A stretch of DNA of 62,894 nt, the filler included. It is 9 parts of 9 records of this genome, joined end to end, with 100 filler letters (N's around TTAATTAATTAA, not from the genome) between each part and the next. Parts side by side here need not be neighbours in the genome. Positions count along the whole stretch, not along the records: positions 58,540 to 62,894 come from SRR7504441_3043; 8 more parts are not named here. One strand, given 5' to 3'. The notes below the pieces were generated by a model. It searched no databases and was not told the DNA's origin. It was given only the letters and a program-made list of their open reading frames with translations. Shown in pieces: positions 59,136 through 62,894 of the stretch (positions are counted from its first letter, which is position 1; each line of letters opens with the position of its first letter). A program made the position numbers and the translations under genes.

Positions 59136-59713
59136 CTTGTACGACAGTATGCAGACTAGACTAGAAAAATGCATACACGCTGAGGGCGGGCGCTTTCGGA
59201 TATGACGGGGAACATCTTTTGAGTTTATTGATAGAGTTTGAAGTAAAAATTATAAGTATTTGACTGTTTAATTGAGAAAAATCTACGTCAGGATATACCC
59301 TGCAGGAGGCTTATATAGCTGCGTTTAACCAAACGAGCTATTTATTTTTGCATGTTTAAAATCAGTTTGATTAATTTCTAAATTTCGAGTCTCACTCAAT
59401 CATAGCTTTTATAGTTTAAGCTTAGAAAAGCCACCAAGGTATTAATTGACTCAGGCTGGTTGAGGACGACGTGCTCAAGAAGGCGGGTGACCACTGAGCC
59501 TGAGAAGGGCCAATTTGGCAGCGATCACTGACACTACGAGACTACCAACTCGGGCCGCTTTACAGCCGCGATCGACACAGGCTGGGGTTAAGGTGAGGGC
59601 TCGCAAGGAGACTACAGGGAGACACTGGCTCTCGTCGAGTGACAGAGTCATCGCAAACGCAATCTTAAATCCGTTAATTATCGCACCGGCCGGAGCAGCA
59701 TTGGGGCAAGCGC

Positions 59714-61089
59714 ATGTTGCGGAGGGGTGCGCTGCAGCTGAACGGAGGCCGCCTGCGCTCAGGGCTGGCCGCCTGGCTCGCGCTGCTGACGGTGGTGTGT
59801 GGCGACCCGAGCTGTTCCGCGGTGCCGATCCCGCGCCAGTCGGCCCCGATCTCGGAGGCCGGGCTGGCCCACTGGCTGGCCGACCGGGCCGAGACTCCCG
59901 CGGTGCTCCCCGGCGGCCGGGCGCTGCTGGAGCTGCTCAGCCCTGGCCGGGCCTGGTGGCAGCCCACCCAGCTGGCCGCACTCAGCCCAGTGCTGACCGA
60001 GGTGTACCGCTCGCCCGATCCGGAGTTCCACTACAGCCGGTCGGGCCACCTGCCGGAGCATCAGCTGCTCAACATGAGCACGGAAGCCTTCCTGGAGCGG
60101 ACGGCCGGCGGGGCTGGCGACTACTACTACTACTACTCGGGCCCGCTCGGGCTGGTTGAACTTGGGCTCGATCGGCGGTACCGACGGCTGCTCTGTCCAG
60201 GCCGAGCGTGCGAGGCTGTGGACACCAACTTGTGGATGGGAGGCCGGGCTGTGCGGACGGCCGCGCACTATGACGCGGTGCACAACGGTAGCCACGCCGC
60301 TCTAGTCCGCGGCTGACTGGCCACGGGGCAGCCTACCTGCTGGTGTCGGGAGCCAAGGCCTTCACTCTGCACGCTCCAGGGGTATTGCGCTCTCAGCAGT
60401 GGTTCTCCCAGCGTTCAAGAGAGGCCCGTGAGCCGCACACCCGGACCAGCCAGGCCTGGACCGCCCGACTGGTCCCGGGCGACTTGCTTTACATCCCTCC
60501 GTACTGGTGGCACGAAGCAGAGAGTCTGGCAGGGCCTAGCATGGCGGTGTCGGTGTGGCACGACAGCCCCGAGGCCGCCATCAGTCGGAGGATCGGCGAG
60601 CGGCCGTTGCCGTTCGAAGCCGACTGGAGTGGAGAGGAGATGGTCACAGCGGCTGGGCTGTTCCTGGCGGGGGTGCTGGCCCGAGTGTCTGCGGGCCGTG
60701 ACTGGTTTGAAACATTGGTGCAAGAGCGATATGCAGCGACGGGTGCCGAGGTTGGAGCATGTGAGGCGTGCAGGGGGCTGGTTTACACTGAGGGCCTGCC
60801 GGGCCATGTAATTGAAAAGCTGGAGCGCCGGAGTGCGGGGCACGCAGCCGAGTTTGGCAAGCTAGGCCCTGAGACGCGAGGATTGCACCTGGGCAACTGG
60901 GTGGAGCAGGTGGCGCACTGGGTGATGCTAGACTGGGGCGACAACGGCCAGTACAGGCCCGTCGGGTTGTCTACGTCGAGCTATCGTGAGCATGGCGCCG
61001 AGGCGTGCGCTGTAGCTGCTCTGCTGTGCTTTTGTCAACAGCTTTCGAGTCGCGAATTGTCCATCTCTAATAAAGACTCTAGCTATTAG
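59714..61089 (+). CDS. JmjC (cupin-8-like) 2-oxoglutarate/Fe(II) oxygenase with hydrophobic N-terminus
   Basis: NLWMG...TAAHYDAVHN|AYLLVSGAK...LVPGDLLYIPPYWWHEAES gives an intact HxD...H triad. Intron at about 60288-60330. Confidence 0.85.
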
Positions 61090-61237
61090 ACGAGGCTATC
61101 TAATTCTTATATACTTCAAAATCTTATATAACACTCATATCAAGAGGGAAGCCAAGATTGCCAAGCAATTGATGTCTCGTAAATTTCCATGATCGACAAT
61201 TTACTTTGTATTAAAAAGAACTGCCCGACATGCTCGA

Positions 61238-62344
61238 TTAGGTCTGGATGCGCTGGGCCAGCGTGAAGGTGTGCTTGGAGCCGCCGGACTGGGTCTGGAC
61301 TCCAGTGTACAGCACTGCCGGCTTGCCGTCGACCATGAGCACCTGCGGCCGCTCCCGCCTCGCGAGTTGCTCAGAGCTCCCGTCGGTGTACTCAATAGAC
61401 GAGCCATACGCCTGCCCTGCAAACTGCCATTGCCGGCCATCCGCCGAATAGCTATGCCCGCCTGGCCCGTTTGGGCCAAACAAATGGCCCAAAATGTGGA
61501 AGTTGCCTCTCGCGTCCCGGAAGATACCAGGGTCTTCTGTCTGATTGGGCCAGGCCGGGGCCGTCCCGATCCGTTGAAACTGGGCGTCCCATCTCGGGGC
61601 AAACGCCATCGCCACCCGGTGCGCATCGCACGAGTTGGGCTTAGGGTCGAGGCAAGGACCGCCTCTATACGCCATCAGTGCAGAGCCGTTCTCAAAAAAG
61701 TACAGGCTGGGATTGGTCACAAACGAGTCCCAGGCGCCGGGCGGTCCGGGCGCCAGCACAGGGCCGGGCCGTTGGCGCCAGGGCCCGTGCACCGTGTCGC
61801 TGAATAGCATTGTGATCAGCCCAGCAGCCGGAGGGTCTCCGAGCAGAGAGCCGTTCCCGATGCTGGTGATCACAAACGGCCCGCCCGGCACCTTGTTGAT
61901 GGTCGGGTTGTGGCGGAACGGCGGGGCCACCACCTGCTGCTTCCGGAACGGCCCGGTGGGGGCCTCGGCCACGGCCCGTGCCACCTGCGAGTTGGTGCCC
62001 CAGCAGCCCAGCCCGCACCCCCGGTCAAAGTCGGCGAAAAAGAGGTGGTATACCCCGTCCACGTGCACGGCCTGTCCGCCCCAGCTGGCCGTGCTGCTGT
62101 TAATCGCGTCCCCGCGGTACCCCTCCGACGCCCGGTCGACCGGCAGTAGGCTGAGCTCGGCGCAGCTCGGCCCGCGCCACGTAGGGTCGCACTGGCAGCT
62201 GCCGTCGGCCCTGCACACGCCGCCCAGGCTGCAGTCCAGGGCGGTCTGGCAGCGGGCGGCGGCCAGCACTGGCAGAAGCAGCAGTGGCAGGACGGCGGCC
62301 GACTGTTTGCGAGCCTCGTTCCTTGCTAAGACATAGCCCAGCAT
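61238..62344 (-). CDS. Secreted five-bladed beta-propeller glycoside hydrolase (GH43-like) with N-terminal EGF-like module
   Basis: Signal-like leader, then CSLGGVC...CQCDPTWRGPSC, SWGG, HNP, TNP, EDP and RRERP. Confidence 0.75.
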   Translation of the reverse strand: MLGYVLARNEARKQSAAVLPLLLLPVLAAARCQTALDCSLGGVCRADGSCQCDPTWRGPSCAELSLLPVDRASEGYRGDAINSSTASWGGQAVHVDGVYHLFFADFDRGCGLGCWGTNSQVARAVAEAPTGPFRKQQVVAPPFRHNPTINKVPGGPFVITSIGNGSLLGDPPAAGLITMLFSDTVHGPWRQRPGPVLAPGPPGAWDSFVTNPSLYFFENGSALMAYRGGPCLDPKPNSCDAHRVAMAFAPRWDAQFQRIGTAPAWPNQTEDPGIFRDARGNFHILGHLFGPNGPGGHSYSADGRQWQFAGQAYGSSIEYTDGSSEQLARRERPQVLMVDGKPAVLYTGVQTQSGGSKHTFTLAQRIQT

Positions 62345-62429
62345 GGCGATTTCGTCAGTTTGTCAGTAGAGTAACGGATGGCGTTGTGAAATCTTGACCA
62401 GTACGCGGTGCACAGAGTGGACGGTGGCA

Positions 62430-62894
62430 ATGCGTTCGTCTTCTGACAAGATGGATGCGAGCCTGCAGCAGCTTGCCCAGTTGCGGCGGCAGCGGCAGCA
62501 GCTGAACGATTCGCTGACCGATACTCGGAGACTGCTGATCGATACTCGGAGACATATGCTCGAGACGACGGACGACGAGAAGCGTGCGCGGCTGGGACTC
62601 AGGCTATCGGAGGCTGGTGGTCCGCCCGCCCGGTCCCAGGACGATCCAGCGGGCTCGCCGCGGGCTCGGCGTGCCAAGATCCTCCCTCTGATCCAGCAGC
62701 TGATGCGCGCACTCGGTGGGCCGCAGCACGAATTGCCGGCCCAGCTGGGGGGGCAGACGCGGATGGCGACGGGTTTATCTCAAAGAAGGAGTTTGACCTG
62801 CTGCCTGGCAGTAACGGCTTCCGTGGCTCCTCGTTGAGCGACGAGGCTTGGGCCATGATGGTGTTGCAGTCCGATCTGAACAAGGATGGCAAGG
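62430..62894 (+). CDS. EF-hand protein (3' truncated by the window end)
   Basis: After a short intron: DADGDGFISKKEF and DLNKDGK calcium-binding loops. Confidence 0.7.

Noticed and set aside
1-62894. rRNA/tRNA genes, prokaryotic operons or defence systems, alternative genetic code
   Set aside because: None recognised. Apparent in-frame stops are resolved by short introns under the standard code.

Overview
This is not one continuous locus. It is nine short contigs of a gene-dense, GC-rich eukaryotic microbe (probably a flagellated protist; taxon not determinable from sequence alone), joined by eight artificial 100-nt N-TTAATTAATTAA-N linkers. Most genes are split by very short (mostly ~35-50 nt) introns, so the ORF track fragments or misses them; I re-spliced them by eye. 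Recognisable genes: Fe-ADH, a coiled-coil/C2 protein, TFIIF-beta, Nup50, TTLL12, a USP, an MFS transporter, SNAPC4 with a PHD tail, an ABCC transporter, a giant ankyrin protein ending in a degenerate calpain domain, ARL3, F-box proteins, a COG0523 GTPase, GH2 and GH43-like hydrolases, a JmjC protein and a Tc1/mariner relic. The most interesting signals appear only after splicing: (1) a divergent lamin-like intermediate-filament gene with CDK-type sites on both sides of the rod and an extended coil 2; (2) a candidate dynein-activating adaptor (CC1 box plus Spindly-like motif), head-to-head with (3) a TSC1/hamartin-like gene; (4) a Treslin/Sld3-like gene. Genome-level patterns include frequent GC-AG introns, tiny bidirectional promoters, and spacers built from tandem palindromic words. 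All family assignments come from motifs recalled from memory, not from database searches.
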